A DNA stretch of 64,000 bases. Source: Patescibacteria group bacterium (GTDB lineage: Bacteria; Patescibacteriota; Patescibacteriia; Buchananbacterales; UBA6539). This document shows, piece by piece, positions 63,891 to 64,000 of this stretch. The DNA lies in contig JAVEXP010000001.1 in the NCBI GenBank assembly GCA_034003985.1, forward strand, positions 155,347 through 219,346, written 5' to 3'. The notes under the pieces are model-generated. The model saw only the letters and a program-made list of their open reading frames with translations. It was not told the DNA's origin and did not search any database. Numbering within the stretch: the first letter of the stretch is position 1; each line of letters opens with the position of its first letter. Made by a program: the position numbers and the translations under genes.

Positions 63891-64000
63891 ATGACAAAAG
63901 TTTATCCCCTAACGCTTTATCCCGACAAGATCTTGCGTCAATCCAATCGGACAATAAAATTAGAGGAGCTGCCGACCAAGGAGTTTGCGCAGCTACTTTT
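63891..64000 (+). CDS. def: Peptide deformylase, N-terminal fragment. It continues beyond the window.
   Basis: MTKVYPLTLYPDKILRQSNRTIKLEEL...EFAQL matches the PDF N-terminus. Confidence 0.65.
   Translation, partial: MTKVYPLTLYPDKILRQSNRTIKLEELPTKEFAQLL

Noticed and set aside
1-64000. CRISPR arrays, transposases or integrases, rRNA genes, prophage structural genes.
   Set aside because: I saw no regularly spaced direct repeats, no DDE or tyrosine-recombinase motifs, and no rRNA-like conserved blocks on reading through the window.

Overview
This is a gene-dense, AT-rich (roughly 38-40% GC) bacterial chromosomal segment, mostly transcribed on the + strand, with recognisable sigma70-type promoters, strong Shine-Dalgarno sites and hairpin-plus-T-run terminators. 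Most of it is housekeeping: lower glycolysis (pgk, eno, two tandem gpmI paralogs), five aminoacyl-tRNA synthetases (proS, lysS, serS, gltX), cell-envelope genes (two mreB paralogs, mreC, mreD, mrdA, alr, ddl, ftsQ, an M23 peptidase, rseP, tagA-like), frr, holB, greA, three GT2 glycosyltransferases and a two-component system. The accessory content is as follows. (1) A group-3b-like (sulfhydrogenase-type) [NiFe] hydrogenase whose beta-gamma and delta and alpha subunit genes are split by inserted genes, with hypC, a zinc-finger-less hypA-like gene and a large subunit that ends exactly at the DPCxxCxxH motif. (2) A recurring set of short GC-rich (50-58% GC) islands carrying a hisI-hisG module with a TrpR-like gene and a long structured RNA, orphan small ORFs with their own promoters and terminators, a FadL-like outer-membrane barrel plus a membrane methyltransferase, an operon of four tiny membrane proteins, and two candidate ncRNAs. 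(3) An SdpR/SdpI-like ArsR-plus-immunity-membrane-protein pair with a perfect 44-bp palindromic operator, facing a promoter-to-terminator transcription unit that encodes only tiny hydrophobic peptides; this may be a peptide-toxin/immunity module. (4) A partial AmmeMemoRadiSam system. I found no CRISPR array, no rRNA, no convincing tRNA and no transposase.
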